From: Chloroflexota bacterium
GTDB taxonomy: Bacteria > Chloroflexota > Dehalococcoidia > UBA2979
Direction: 5' to 3'
Length of the DNA: 64,000 nt
Assembly: GCA_027593235.1 (NCBI GenBank)
Contig: JAQCIU010000008.1
Coordinates: forward strand, 1-64,000
How positions within the stretch are numbered: position 1 is the first letter of the stretch; every line of letters starts with the position of its first letter. The position numbers were made by a program, and so were the translations under genes. Positions 20,086 through 30,817 of the stretch are shown piece after piece. The notes below the pieces were generated by a model. It worked only from the letters and a program-made list of their open reading frames with translations, was not told the origin of the DNA and ran no database searches.

Positions 20086-22119
20086 TCACAGAGAGCGTTT
20101 CACCGTCTCCGCCAGGCTGGTCGTGAACCCCAACGTCGAGGCGACCTCGTCCACTGTCGCCTCCCGAATGCCCCTCACCGAGCCGAACTTGCGCAGCAGC
20201 GCGCGCTTCCGCTTCGGCCCGATCCCCGGAATCGTGTCGAGGATCGACTGCGTCGCCTTCTTGCCGCGGACTTGCCGGTGATAGGTGATCGCGAAGCGGT
20301 GTGCCTCGTCGCGGATCCGCTGCACCAGGTACAGCGCCTCCGAGTCCCGGGGCAGCATGATCGGCTCCGACACGTCCTTCACGAAAATCTCTTCGTGCTG
20401 CTTCGCCAGCCCACAGACCGGCACGTCGGGCAGATCGAGGTTGCGCATCACATCGAGGACCGCGCCGAGCTGCCCCTTGCCGCCGTCGATAATCACGAGG
20501 TCCGGCACTGCGTCCCACGGCGACGCGTCGTCCGGTAGTTCTTCGGGTAGCTCGGCGTCCTCGAGGTCTGGCGCGATCGGCGCCGCCGCCGTTTCCGAGG
20601 CCATCGGCAGCTCGATCACGGCGTCGACCGGCACGATCGCCGGCGTGTCGCCCTCGCTCGACCCGTCCTCGTCCGCGCTTGTCAGGAGAGCGCCCACCGC
20701 GTGCGCCTCGGCGGCGGTCTCGATCGCGCGCGCGTCTTTCCGACGCTTGGCGATCGTCTTGAAGCGCCGCCCGAGGACTTCCTTCATCGAGGCGAAGTCG
20801 TCCTGCCCCTCGACCGTCTTGATCCGGAACCGGCGATACTCGCTCGTCGCCGGCACGCCGTTCTCGAACACCACCATCGACGCGACCGTGCTCGTCCCCT
20901 GGATCGTCGAGATGTCGTAGCACTCGATTCGCCGAGGCTGGCTCGGCAAATCGAGCTGCTCTTGCAGCAACTCCAGCGCGCTCGCCGTCTTGTCGCGATC
21001 GGCGATCCAGCGCGCGTGGTGCATCGTCAGCGCCTCGCGCGCGTTCTCCTCGGCGGTCGCGACCAGCCCTCGACGTTCGCCGCGCTCCGGCACCGCCAGT
21101 TCCACCGCGCCCTGCCGCCGCTCGCGCAGCATCACCTCCAGGTCGTCGCGGTCGTCCGGCACGTTCGACAACAGCAACGTCCGAGGCACGTAGGTCGCCG
21201 ACTCGTAGAACTGCGCCAGGAACGCCCCCAGCACCTCACCGTCGCTGGCGTCCATCGTCCCGTCCATCATGAATGAGTCCGTGTCCGCCACCACCGTGCC
21301 GCGTACGAAGAACGCCTGCACACAGGTCTCGTCGCCCTGCCGGGACAGCGCGAACACGTCCGCGTCCATCGGCTTTGTCGACGCCATCTGCTGGCGCTCG
21401 GTCACCCGTCGGATCGCCTCCGCCTGATCGCGCAACCGCGCCGCGCGCTCAAACGATAGGTCCTCGGAAGCCCGCTCCATGTCGGCGACCACGCGCCGCA
21501 GCACCTCGTCGGAGCGCCCCTCCAGGAACAGGATCGTCTCCGCGATCACCTCCTCGTATTCCTCCTTCGTGCAGTACGCCGTGCACGGCGCGATGCAGCG
21601 CTGAATGAAATAGTCCAGGCACGGCCGCGGGTCCGTCCCCGTGATCTCCTTCGTGCAGGAGCGCCACGGAAACAGCTTCTTCACCACCGACAACGTCCGC
21701 CGCACCGACCCCGCCGACGCATACGGGCCGAAGTAGCGCGCCCCGTCCGTCTCGACGCGACGGGTAATCGTCACGCGCGGCCAGGCGCTCTGCACATCCA
21801 CCTTCAGGTACGGGTAGTGCTTGTCGTCCTTCAGTCGAACGTTGTGCACCGGCTGATGCCGCTTCACCAGCGTCGCTTCGAGGTGGAGCGCCTCCGCCTC
21901 GTTCCGCGTCACCACGTGCTCAATCTTCCGAGCACGCTCCGCCAGCGCCCGCACCTTCGGCTCAAGACTCCTCGAAGACCCGAAGTACGATCGCACCCGC
22001 GACCGCAGGTTCGTCGCCTTCCCGATGTAGATCACATCGTCAGCGGCGTCGCGCATGATGTAGACGCCCGGCTTCTCCGGCAGCGTCCGAACCTGGTGCA
22101 TGATCTGGCTGTCTGGCAC
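20086..22119 (-). CDS. uvrC: Excinuclease ABC subunit C
   Basis: GIY-YIG PGVYIM..YIGKA, RIECYDIS, IDGGKGQL, RIRDEAHRFA, HhH; acidic insertion before PDLVIIDGG. Confidence 0.97.
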   Translation of the reverse strand: MPDSQIMHQVRTLPEKPGVYIMRDAADDVIYIGKATNLRSRVRSYFGSSRSLEPKVRALAERARKIEHVVTRNEAEALHLEATLVKRHQPVHNVRLKDDKHYPYLKVDVQSAWPRVTITRRVETDGARYFGPYASAGSVRRTLSVVKKLFPWRSCTKEITGTDPRPCLDYFIQRCIAPCTAYCTKEEYEEVIAETILFLEGRSDEVLRRVVADMERASEDLSFERAARLRDQAEAIRRVTERQQMASTKPMDADVFALSRQGDETCVQAFFVRGTVVADTDSFMMDGTMDASDGEVLGAFLAQFYESATYVPRTLLLSNVPDDRDDLEVMLRERRQGAVELAVPERGERRGLVATAEENAREALTMHHARWIADRDKTASALELLQEQLDLPSQPRRIECYDISTIQGTSTVASMVVFENGVPATSEYRRFRIKTVEGQDDFASMKEVLGRRFKTIAKRRKDARAIETAAEAHAVGALLTSADEDGSSEGDTPAIVPVDAVIELPMASETAAAPIAPDLEDAELPEELPDDASPWDAVPDLVIIDGGKGQLGAVLDVMRNLDLPDVPVCGLAKQHEEIFVKDVSEPIMLPRDSEALYLVQRIRDEAHRFAITYHRQVRGKKATQSILDTIPGIGPKRKRALLRKFGSVRGIREATVDEVASTLGFTTSLAETVKRSL

Positions 22120-22179
22120 GCATTAAGGGTAACGCCGCTGATCCGGGTCCGAGAGGGCGGATCCGCGAGCCTGATGATC

Positions 22180-22513
22180 CCCTCATTCCGACCGTCGACC
22201 GCGCCGTGAATGCGCCCCGGCTGAACCCCAGGAAGTACAGCTCGTCGCCGTCCTCGTAGTGCTCGCACACCCAGCGGTAGCCCTGCTGCACATTCATCGA
22301 GAGGCCCGACCCAAACGCGCCGCCCATCAGCGAGTCAACCGTGCGCCCGAACCACCCCTTCCGGTTCCCCTCCTCGGTCACCCCCACGCCTTCGTCGTAG
22401 TAGACGACCTGCCCCTCCCGGGAGAGCGCGTTCTTGAAGCGGAACACGTTGGTGTCGTCTGACGAATCATTGAAGGTTCCATCGCAGAGGACCACGAGTT
22501 TCCTTGGTGCCAT
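22180..22513 (-). pseudogene. Truncated DUF2235 (Tle1-like alpha/beta hydrolase), N-terminal third only
   Basis: LVVLCDGTFN, TNVFRF, YYDEGVG, GFSRGAFTARS then loss of similarity, with the ORF running into uvrC. Confidence 0.8.
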
Positions 22514-22623
22514 CGATCCACCTCCCCTTCGAAGGGATGACTGCCGGGGTATTGCGAGTGTAATTTCGATCGCGTGTCTATCGTTCCGCTGGCCGGGCAT
22601 CGTCAGATTCGAGGTGAGGGCCG

Positions 22624-23085
22624 ATGAACAGCAGTAAGTCGCCGATCGGACCGATCAGTCAGTTCTTCGGCTCGTACGGCCCGGACCTCCTGATTCTCGG
22701 GATCATCGTGGCGGTAGCGAGCGCCATCTCATCGGCCTCGGGGATTGTCGCGAACTGGGTTGCGCAATCGATCGCCGGCGCCAGTCTCATCGCGCTTGCG
22801 GCCGCCCGGTTCCATCAGGTCCTCAGGGCGTCCGTATACGAAGTCGTAAAGCGCACCGGGCTCTGGCTCCTGGAGAAGCTGCCTATCAAGACCGGCGCGG
22901 CGATTGCTGGCGCAGTCGTGTTGGTCGTGACGCTGCTCGTGCTTCTCGCCGTCGGTGTTGTCACTGGTTCCGGCGGGTACCGGATCGCCGTCATCGTCGC
23001 GATCAGCGTTGCCGTCATCGGTCTTGGCGGTCACGCACTCTGGTATCGCCGGCTCAGCGCCCAGTGGCGGGCATTCAATCCCTGA
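22624..23085 (+). CDS. Hypothetical membrane protein (about 4 TM)
   Basis: GAGG RBS; four hydrophobic segments. Confidence 0.65.
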   Translation: MNSSKSPIGPISQFFGSYGPDLLILGIIVAVASAISSASGIVANWVAQSIAGASLIALAAARFHQVLRASVYEVVKRTGLWLLEKLPIKTGAAIAGAVVLVVTLLVLLAVGVVTGSGGYRIAVIVAISVAVIGLGGHALWYRRLSAQWRAFNP

Positions 23086-23124
23086 GGCTCCCGTTCGGGA
23101 CTCCATTGCCGCGGATCGGCGACC

Positions 23125-23844
23125 ATGGGTCCAATGACGGCCTCCCCCGCGCTCCTCACCATCCCCTCCCCCCGCGGCTCCATCCACTGCGCCCTGACCC
23201 TCCCCGAGGTGCCCGCGCCACTTCCGAGGAATGCGGTCGCAGACCCGGGGCTGTCGAGGACCAACGACCCTCCGAGGACCAACAAGCCCCCGAAGAGGGG
23301 CGTGGTCATGGTCGGCGGAGGTGACGGCGGCCTCGACGGTCCTGCCGAGGCGCTCTACCCCACGCTCGCCGAAGACCTCGCCGTGCTCGGCATCGCCACC
23401 CTCCGCGTCGACTTCCGCATCCACCAGTTCCCCGGCGACATCGAGGAAGGCGTCCACGACCTCCTCGCCGGCGTCGACGCGCTGCTCGCGCGCGGCATCG
23501 AGCGGATCGGCGTCCTCGGCCACTCCTTCGGCGGCGCCGTCGCCATCGAGGCCGCCGCGCGGCAACCGAGGATCGCCAGCGTCGTCACCCTCGCCACCCA
23601 GACCGCCGGCGCCGAGCGCGTCGCCTCGGTCGCCCCGCGCCCGCTGCTCCTGATCCACGGCCTCGCCGACGACCGCCTCAAGCCGGCGCTCTCGCGCCAG
23701 CTCTACCGCCTCGCCGGCAACCCGAAGCGCCTCGAACTCCTCGAGGGCGCCACCCACTCCCTCCGCCAGCGGCGGGAGGACGTGCGGGTGCTCGTCCGCG
23801 ACTGGTTCGCGGAGACGTTAACGGTAGACTCCCGTCGTGGCTGA
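23125..23844 (+). CDS. Alpha/beta fold hydrolase
   Basis: GHSFGG nucleophile elbow, LLIHGLADD, GATH. Confidence 0.88.
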   Translation: MGPMTASPALLTIPSPRGSIHCALTLPEVPAPLPRNAVADPGLSRTNDPPRTNKPPKRGVVMVGGGDGGLDGPAEALYPTLAEDLAVLGIATLRVDFRIHQFPGDIEEGVHDLLAGVDALLARGIERIGVLGHSFGGAVAIEAAARQPRIASVVTLATQTAGAERVASVAPRPLLLIHGLADDRLKPALSRQLYRLAGNPKRLELLEGATHSLRQRREDVRVLVRDWFAETLTVDSRRG

Positions 23845-24253
23845 CTCGAACCTCACCCATCGCACTCAGGCGCAGGAAAGACTGACCCCAGCCATCGGCA
23901 TGCGACGGCTGGTCCTGCTCGCGCTGCTCGGCCTCGGTTCGCTGGCGCTGGTGATATGGCTACGGGATTTGGCATGGCTGCGTGGGGCCGCGCTCCCGGT
24001 CTGGATCTTCTCCACGGCCTACCCGCTCCGTGGCGTGAACAGATGGTGGGCCACCCTCGTGGCCTTGCTGCTGTTCGACTTCAGCTTCGCCGGTGTGCTC
24101 CGCGATACCGCGCAATGGGGCGTAGGGCGATTGCTTCTCTCACTCTCCATTCTGGGCTTGGCGAATCTGCTGTTCGTTTGGACCGATCGGCGAATCATGC
24201 GGCAGGAGGCCGCCAAAATCGCGATCAGTCGGCAATCGTCTGGAAGGCCGTAG
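23837..24253 (+). CDS. Hypothetical membrane protein
   Basis: Several hydrophobic segments; overlaps the hydrolase stop; lies between two copies of the hydrolase 3' end. Confidence 0.55.
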   Translation: MADSNLTHRTQAQERLTPAIGMRRLVLLALLGLGSLALVIWLRDLAWLRGAALPVWIFSTAYPLRGVNRWWATLVALLLFDFSFAGVLRDTAQWGVGRLLLSLSILGLANLLFVWTDRRIMRQEAAKIAISRQSSGRP

Positions 24254-24305
24254 CGCGGGGGTTCTCCGCCGTCCGAGGCCCGTCCCCCCTTCGGGCCGGT
24301 GCGGT

Positions 24306-24383
24306 CTCCGCCAGGGCCGCGAGGACGTCCGTACCCTCGTGCGCGACTGGTTCGCGGAGACGCTGGCGCCGCCAAACGGCTAG
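24306..24383 (+). repeat. Second, diverged copy of the hydrolase 3' end (direct repeat of 23761-23817)
   Basis: LRQGREDVRTLVRDWFAETLAPPNG* versus LRQRREDVRVLVRDWFAETL. Confidence 0.8.
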
Positions 24384-24502
24384 CGGTGAACGGCTAACGC
24401 AATCCTCACTGAGTGCCGACAATAGAGGAGGCACCAGCGCGCGGACAGAGCCCGCTGCCGGCACGGAGGTGTGATGCCGCCGACCTGGGTACTGTTTCCC
24501 TC

Positions 24503-25729
24503 GGCGGATTCAAGCGGTCAGCGCAAGCAGCTCGGTGAGCTTCTCTGATGGTGTCATGGCGCCGAGCGTCTTGCGCGGGCGGTTGTTGAGACTGCGCGCA
24601 ATCCTGGCGAGGTCCTTGGCGGTCTGCACCGATAGGTCGGTTCCTTTGGGGAGGTACTGGCGCAGCAGGCCGTTGGTGTTCTCGTTGGAGCCGCGCTGCC
24701 ACGGGCTGTGCGGATCGCAGAAGTAGACCTGGATCCCGGTGTCGATGGTGAACTGCGCGTGGCGCAGCATCTCCTTGCCCTGATCCCAGGTGATCGTGCG
24801 GCGCAGCGTTTCAGGCAACGTCGTGATCGCCTGCTGCATCGCCTCGCTGACCTGCTCGGCTGAGCGGCCGTCGGGTAGGTGCAGCAGCATCAGGAAGCGC
24901 GTGGTGCGCTCGACCAGCGTGCCCACGGCCGAGCGGTTGCCCGCCCCCATGATGAGGTCACCCTCCCAGTGGCCAGGCACGGCGCGGTCTGCGACTTCGG
25001 CGGGACGCTCGGAGATCATCACCATGTTGGCGATCTTGCCGCGCGTCTCGAGGCGGCTACGCGGACGACGCCTGGCGCGTCCGCTGCGTAGACAGCGGTG
25101 CAGCTCGCGACGTAGTTCTCCGCGCCCCTGCACAAACAACGACAGGTAGATCGTCTCGTGGCTCACCCACATCATCGAATCGTGGGGGAACTCGAGCCGC
25201 AAGCGCAGCGCGATCGCTTCAGGTGACCACCACGCTTCCAGCCACGCCGTCACCTGCGTCGCGAGCGGCGGGTGGGCCAGCTTCGGCCGCTTTGGGCGTC
25301 GGGCCTGTGCTGCGGCACGGCCATGCGCGCGCCAGGCCTGATAGCCGGCCCGGCCACCATTCGCCGCGACCTCACGCGAGACCGTCGATGCGGCTCGTCC
25401 GATGCGCCTGGCAATCAGCGTGAAGCACTCCGCCCGCTCCAGACCGGCGCGGATCTCTTCGCGCTCGCCCAGCGATAGACGTGCCGGCGAGGGGTCCCAC
25501 GCCGTCGCGCCGCGTGCGACCGGCTCGCGCCTGAGCACGTTGCTGACGGCGTGTCTCGAACGCTCGACCATCGACCCGATCTCGCGCAGGGTGTGACCTC
25601 TGCCAGCGAGTCGCCTGACCTCCCGCTCCAGCTCCGGAGACAACTGCTTCCCCATCGACGCCCTCCTTGACGAGCTCCCCAAGAACCTTGGTGCTCACCA
25701 ACTCGTTGCGTCGATCCCTTGAACCCGCC
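24503..25729 (-). mobile_element. IS30-family insertion sequence
   Basis: Imperfect terminal IRs GGCGGATTCAAGCGGTCAGCGCAA / GGCGGGTTCAAGGGATCGACGCAA around a transposase; no target duplication evident. Confidence 0.9.
24510..25655 (-). CDS. IS30-family transposase
   Basis: SHETIY, GHWEGDL, TWDQGKEM, PWQRGSNENTNGLLRQY. Confidence 0.95.
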   Translation of the reverse strand: MGKQLSPELEREVRRLAGRGHTLREIGSMVERSRHAVSNVLRREPVARGATAWDPSPARLSLGEREEIRAGLERAECFTLIARRIGRAASTVSREVAANGGRAGYQAWRAHGRAAAQARRPKRPKLAHPPLATQVTAWLEAWWSPEAIALRLRLEFPHDSMMWVSHETIYLSLFVQGRGELRRELHRCLRSGRARRRPRSRLETRGKIANMVMISERPAEVADRAVPGHWEGDLIMGAGNRSAVGTLVERTTRFLMLLHLPDGRSAEQVSEAMQQAITTLPETLRRTITWDQGKEMLRHAQFTIDTGIQVYFCDPHSPWQRGSNENTNGLLRQYLPKGTDLSVQTAKDLARIARSLNNRPRKTLGAMTPSEKLTELLALTA

Positions 25730-25963
25730 CTGCCAGTCGAGGTCCCGCAGGATCCAGGCGAGGTTCTCCTCCGACTGGCCGTTGCCATAGCCGGGTGCCG
25801 TGTCGATCCAGTTGCTGCCGCCGTCGCGTGCATGCCGCACCGTCTCGAGGCGCTCGTCGCGCTCACCTCGAAAGACTCCGCCGCCCACGGCGCCGGCGCC
25901 AAAGACGATCTCGGAGATCTGCAGGCCCGTCTTGCCGAGCGGTCGGGTCGGTAGCGTGGTCAT
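25730..25963 (-). pseudogene. Aldo/keto reductase N-terminal fragment truncated by IS30
   Basis: RPLGKTGLQISEIVFG, NWIDTAPGYGNGQSEE then the IS30 IR. Confidence 0.85.
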
Positions 25964-26083
25964 TGGCTGCTCCATCCACTCCGTGCGAGGCGAGGCGGGC
26001 CGATCATACGGACCCCGCTCCGTCAGCTCACCGTCAGAACCGTGATAATCGCTATAGTGCGGCCCAACAGAGGGAGCCTCGCC

Positions 26084-28264
26084 ATGAACAACCCCACCGA
26101 ACGAGTCCAACTCGCCGGGCTCGCGGTCGCGCCGGTTCTGCACCGTTTCATCGAAAAGGAAGCGCTCCCGGGGTTGGCGGTCGACGCGACGACGTTCTGG
26201 CAGGGCCTCGCCGATCTCATCCACACCTTCGCCCCGCGTAACCGTGCATTGCTCGATCGACGCTCTGAGCTACAGGGCGCCATCGACTCATGGCACCGGC
26301 GCCACCAGGGCGCGGACTTCGATCCCGCGGCGTACCGCGCCTTCCTCGAGGAGTCGGGCTACCTCCAGGCGGAGGGCCCGGATTTCTCGATCGACACCGA
26401 GCACGTCGACGACGAGATCGCCCACATCCCCGGACCGCAGCTTGTCGTTCCGATCACCAACGCCCGCTACGCGATCAACGCCGCGAACGCCCGCTGGAAC
26501 TCCCTCTACGACGCGCTGTACGGCACTGACGCCCTCGGTGACACGCCGTCCGCGGGCGCGTACGACCCGGAGCGCGGCGCACGCGTGATCGCCTGGACGC
26601 GCGCGTTGCTGGATGACGTCGCGCCGCTCGCCTCCGGTTCGCACGCAAACGCCGAGGCCTATGCCGTCGTCGCCGGTCACCTCGCCGTCACGATGCCAGG
26701 CGCTGGAGCGGTCAATCTGCGTGATCCTCGGCAGTTCGTCGGGTTCACGGGGGTGGCAGGTACGCCTGCGTCCGTGCTCCTCGCCATCAACAATCTCCAC
26801 GTCGAGCTGGTGATCGATCGCGACCACGAGGTCGGGCGCACGGACCGCGCGGGGATCGCGGACGTCGTCGTCGAGTCCGCCGTCACCGCAATCATGGATT
26901 GCGAGGACTCCGTCGCCACCGTCGACGCGGAGGACAAGACGCTCGCCTATCACAACTGGCTGGGCCTCAACCGCGGCGATCTCACCCAGCGGGTCACCAA
27001 GGATGGCGCCACCTTCATCCGCACCCTCGCACCCGATCGCGCCTTCACCTCGCCGGATGGCGCGCCGTTCACACTGCAGGGCCGCTCGCTGATGCTCGTC
27101 CGCAACGTCGGGCACCTCACCACCACCGACGCCATCCTCGACAACGGCGGAACCGAGATCCCCGAGGGACTGCTCGACTCGATGGTGACGGTGCTCTGCG
27201 CGATGCACGACATCGCGAAGTCGGACGGCCCGCGCAGCTCGCACGCCGGGTCGATCTACGTCGTCAAACCGAAGATGCACGGCCCGGCTGAGGTCGCCTT
27301 CACCAACGATGTCTTCACCCACATCGAGGGGGTCCTCGGCCTCGCGCCGAACACCGTGAAGCTCGGAATCATGGACGAGGAGCGGCGCACCACGCTGAAC
27401 CTCAAGGAGTGCGTTCGCGCCGCGAAGTCTCGTGTCGCCTTCATCAACACCGGCTTCCTCGATCGCACCGGCGACGAGATTCACACCTCGATCGAGGCGG
27501 GCCCGATGGTCCGCAAGACCGCCATGCGCGCCGAACAGTGGATCACGGCCTACGAGGATTGGAACGTCGACATCGGTCTCGCCTGTGGCCTCCCCGGTCG
27601 CGCGCAGATCGGCAAAGGCATGTGGGCGTCACCCAACGAGATGGCGCGGATGCTCAAGGAGAAGATCGGCCACCCCCAGGCCGGCGCGAATTGCGCCTGG
27701 GTCCCCTCACCCACCGCCGCGACGCTCCACGCCACGCACTACCTGCGCGTCGACGTACTCGCGAGGCAGGCCGAGATCGCGGCGGGCGGTCGACGTGCGA
27801 CGGTTGACGATCTCCTCCACATCCCCGTCGCAGCAAGCACCGACTGGTCGCCCGACGAGATCCGCGAGGAGATCGAGAACAACGCGCAGGGCATCCTTGG
27901 CTACACCGTTCGCTGGATCGATCAGGGCATTGGCTGCTCGACCGTCCCCGACATCCACGACGTCGGCCTGATGGAAGACCGCGCGACCTGCCGCATCTCC
28001 TCGCAGCACATCGCCAACTGGCTGCACCACCGCGTCGTCGACAAGGCCACCGTGCGCGCCGCGTTCGAACGAATGGCCGCCGTGGTTGATCGCCAAAACG
28101 AGGCCGACCCGCTCTACTCCCCGATGGCGCCGGACTTCGACGGACACGCCTTCGAGGCCGCACTCGCGCTCGTCCTCGAGGGCCGCGAACAACCCTCCGG
28201 CTACACTGAGCCGATCCTCCACGAACGCCGCCGGCTGCGAAAAGCTGAACTCGGCGGCGACTAG
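26084..28264 (+). CDS. glcB: Malate synthase G
   Basis: [50 protein letters not shown]. Confidence 0.97.
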   Translation: MNNPTERVQLAGLAVAPVLHRFIEKEALPGLAVDATTFWQGLADLIHTFAPRNRALLDRRSELQGAIDSWHRRHQGADFDPAAYRAFLEESGYLQAEGPDFSIDTEHVDDEIAHIPGPQLVVPITNARYAINAANARWNSLYDALYGTDALGDTPSAGAYDPERGARVIAWTRALLDDVAPLASGSHANAEAYAVVAGHLAVTMPGAGAVNLRDPRQFVGFTGVAGTPASVLLAINNLHVELVIDRDHEVGRTDRAGIADVVVESAVTAIMDCEDSVATVDAEDKTLAYHNWLGLNRGDLTQRVTKDGATFIRTLAPDRAFTSPDGAPFTLQGRSLMLVRNVGHLTTTDAILDNGGTEIPEGLLDSMVTVLCAMHDIAKSDGPRSSHAGSIYVVKPKMHGPAEVAFTNDVFTHIEGVLGLAPNTVKLGIMDEERRTTLNLKECVRAAKSRVAFINTGFLDRTGDEIHTSIEAGPMVRKTAMRAEQWITAYEDWNVDIGLACGLPGRAQIGKGMWASPNEMARMLKEKIGHPQAGANCAWVPSPTAATLHATHYLRVDVLARQAEIAAGGRRATVDDLLHIPVAASTDWSPDEIREEIENNAQGILGYTVRWIDQGIGCSTVPDIHDVGLMEDRATCRISSQHIANWLHHRVVDKATVRAAFERMAAVVDRQNEADPLYSPMAPDFDGHAFEAALALVLEGREQPSGYTEPILHERRRLRKAELGGD

Positions 28265-28340
28265 CGCCGCTCCTCGAGGCCGTCGCGGTTCTCGAGGGCC
28301 GGCGCACCGCCCGACTCTCCCCCAGGCGAAGGAGCCACGC

Positions 28341-28772
28341 ATGCCCTCGATCTCACACGACCAGGCGCGCCAGATCGTTACCGCCGCGCTCGCCCACGCG
28401 CGCTCCGCCAACATGAACCCGCTCGCGGTCCTGGTGCTCGATGCCGGCGGTCACGCCGTCGCCTTCGAGCGCGAAGACGGCGCATCCAACCTCCGGTTCC
28501 AGGTCGCCGACGGCAAGGCCTATGGCGCCCTCGGCATGGGCGTCGGCTCACGGGCGCTCTTCGAGCGCGCCCAGCAGCAGGCGTTCTTCGTGCAGGCAGT
28601 CAACGGCGCCTTCGGCGGCCGGATGATCCCCGTCCCCGGCGGCGTGCTCGTCCGCGACGGCTCCGGCGCACTCCTCGGAGCCGTCGGCGTCTCCGGCGAT
28701 AACTCCGACAATGACGAAGCCGCCGCCGTCGCCGGCATCACCGCAGCCAGCCTCACCGCCGAAACCGGCTAG
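28341..28772 (+). CDS. glcG: GlcG/HbpS family heme-binding protein
   Basis: AVLVLDAGG, PGGVLVR, GAVGVSGD.S..DE; directly after glcB. Confidence 0.88.
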   Translation: MPSISHDQARQIVTAALAHARSANMNPLAVLVLDAGGHAVAFEREDGASNLRFQVADGKAYGALGMGVGSRALFERAQQQAFFVQAVNGAFGGRMIPVPGGVLVRDGSGALLGAVGVSGDNSDNDEAAAVAGITAASLTAETG

Positions 28773-29034
28773 GGGCCTTCGGCCCTCGATGACGCTTCGC
28801 GCCTCCAAACGGAGCCTCGATCGGGCGCACTGGCGAGGCGCAGCATCCGTACCGACCCTGCTGGGCGCCGCGCGCGTGGGACGATCGAGCGACTAGGGCT
28901 CCGCGCGGGCCAGGCGGGTCGATTCACTCCGCAAGCACCGCCGCACCCGCGCTCTCATCACCTCAACCACCCCGCTTGTCCGCACCCCCGCCACGCCCCC
29001 GAGGCGCGAAGCGTCATCGAGGGCCGAAGGCCCC
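28772..29034. repeat. 263-bp element bounded by perfect 34-bp inverted repeats (MITE/REPIN-like)
   Basis: GGGGCCTTCGGCCCTCGATGACGCTTCGCGCCTC (28772-28805) and its exact reverse complement (29001-29034). Confidence 0.8.
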
Positions 29035-29035
29035 C

Positions 29036-30679
29036 TTAGGGGGCTGGGTAGCGGGCCAGCGTGTTCTCTTCCTTCGTCATGAACTCCAGCAGCGCGGGCC
29101 GCCCCTTCGCCATCTCCGCCTCCGCACGCCGCAGCGCCGGCACGATCTCCGAGGGGTCCGACACTCGCTCGCCGTAGGCGCCGAGTGCGGTCGCGACGTT
29201 CGCATACTCCCCGTACAGCTCCGTGAAGCCGTATAGCTCAACGGCGGTCTGGTAGCGGGCCGGGTACCCCGACAGCACCTGGTTGTTCAGCACGATCGTC
29301 AGCACCGGAATCCCGAGGCGCACCCCGGTCTCGAGGTCCATGCCAGCCATGCCGATCGCGGCGTCACCCATGAAGTTGATGAACATCCGCTCCGGCGCGG
29401 CCAGCTTCGCCCCGAGCACCAACCCGAGCGAGTAGCCGAGCTGTGTCGAGTTGCCCCAGCCGAGGTAACCACGCGCCACCGTCGGCTCCCAGAACGGGAT
29501 GAGTTGGTCACGCGGGTGTCCCGAGTCGTGCGTCACGGTCGTGTTGTCGAGGTCCACCGCGTGCATCACGTCGTGCATGATTCGGTACGGGTTCAGCGGC
29601 TGCTCGTCCGAGGTGAGGAGCGGCATCCACTCCTCCATGAACTCGTCCTTCACCTGCTTCACCTCGGCGGCCGCGGGGCCACCGCGCTTGCCGTCGTCGC
29701 CGGCCTGCGCCTTGACCTCCGCGATCATCTGCGCCAGTACGAGCTGGGCGTCGCCGATGATCGCGTGATCCAGGTGGTGGTCCTTGTTCAGGTCCAGCTC
29801 GTCGACCGTCGACTGCACCATCACCTTGCCGCGCGGGATCGCGGAGGACGCCAGGTTCGTCGTGAAGCTCGCGCCAATGCCGAAGACCGCGTCCGACGCA
29901 TCGAGGTAGTGCCGCGCCATCTTCGTCTTCGTGTTGGCGGCGGCGCCGAGGGCGAGCGGGTGGTTCTCCGGGAACGCGCTCTTCCCGGAGTTCGTCACCG
30001 CGACCGGTGCGTCCAACAGCTCCGCCAGCTCAACGAGCTGATCGGTCGCCTCCGCCCAGAGCACGCCCTGCCCGGCGAAGATCATCGGCTTCTTCGCGGC
30101 GAGCAGCGCCGTCACCGAGGACTTCACGTCCGCGGGATCACCCGCGCTGCGATGTGCCTGCACCGTCCGGTACTCGATGGCGGCGTCGCCCATCTCCTCC
30201 ATCGCGACGTCGCTGGGCACCTCCAGCAGGACGGGCGCACCGCGACCGGCGCGCAGGAAGGTGTGGGCGCGTCGCATGATCTCGGGGATGCGCTCTGTCT
30301 GGTTGATCTGCGTCGCCCACTTGGTGACGCCCGCGTAGTTCGCCGGTGCGCTGAAGTCCGGGTGGGAGCCCTGGCGCCCTCGTGCGGTCCCGCCGGGGAT
30401 CACGAGGATCGGGACGCCGTCCGAGTACGCGTGTGCGATACCGCCGTAGGCGTTCTCGATGCCCGGACCGGCCTGCGTGACGACGACCCCGTTGCGTCGT
30501 CCGTTGAACATCCGGGTGTAGCCGTCCGCCATGTTCACCGTCGCCCGCTCGGTGCGCGACATCATCGGTCGAATACCCGCGGCAGCCGCCGCGTGGATGA
30601 GCTGGTTGTCGGGGAAGCAGAAGAGGTACTCCGTACCCTCCGCTTTCAGGATCTGGGCGATCGCGTCATTGCCGCGCAT
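29036..30679 (-). CDS. Thiamine pyrophosphate-dependent enzyme (acetolactate synthase-like superfamily)
   Basis: MADGYTR, QAGPG, GDAA...VLNN TPP-binding motif. Confidence 0.9.
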   Translation of the reverse strand: MRGNDAIAQILKAEGTEYLFCFPDNQLIHAAAAAGIRPMMSRTERATVNMADGYTRMFNGRRNGVVVTQAGPGIENAYGGIAHAYSDGVPILVIPGGTARGRQGSHPDFSAPANYAGVTKWATQINQTERIPEIMRRAHTFLRAGRGAPVLLEVPSDVAMEEMGDAAIEYRTVQAHRSAGDPADVKSSVTALLAAKKPMIFAGQGVLWAEATDQLVELAELLDAPVAVTNSGKSAFPENHPLALGAAANTKTKMARHYLDASDAVFGIGASFTTNLASSAIPRGKVMVQSTVDELDLNKDHHLDHAIIGDAQLVLAQMIAEVKAQAGDDGKRGGPAAAEVKQVKDEFMEEWMPLLTSDEQPLNPYRIMHDVMHAVDLDNTTVTHDSGHPRDQLIPFWEPTVARGYLGWGNSTQLGYSLGLVLGAKLAAPERMFINFMGDAAIGMAGMDLETGVRLGIPVLTIVLNNQVLSGYPARYQTAVELYGFTELYGEYANVATALGAYGERVSDPSEIVPALRRAEAEMAKGRPALLEFMTKEENTLARYPAP

Positions 30680-30817
30680 GGGTGCTCCTCGTCATCAACC
30701 GTGAGTCACGCCACCGTGGCCGCGGAACGCAGCCAGGGGGCGCGGTCTGAACCGGCTGAAACTACACCACTGACGGAATCAGGCGAACACCAGGCCCCGA
30801 AGGGGCGGGGGCGAGCA

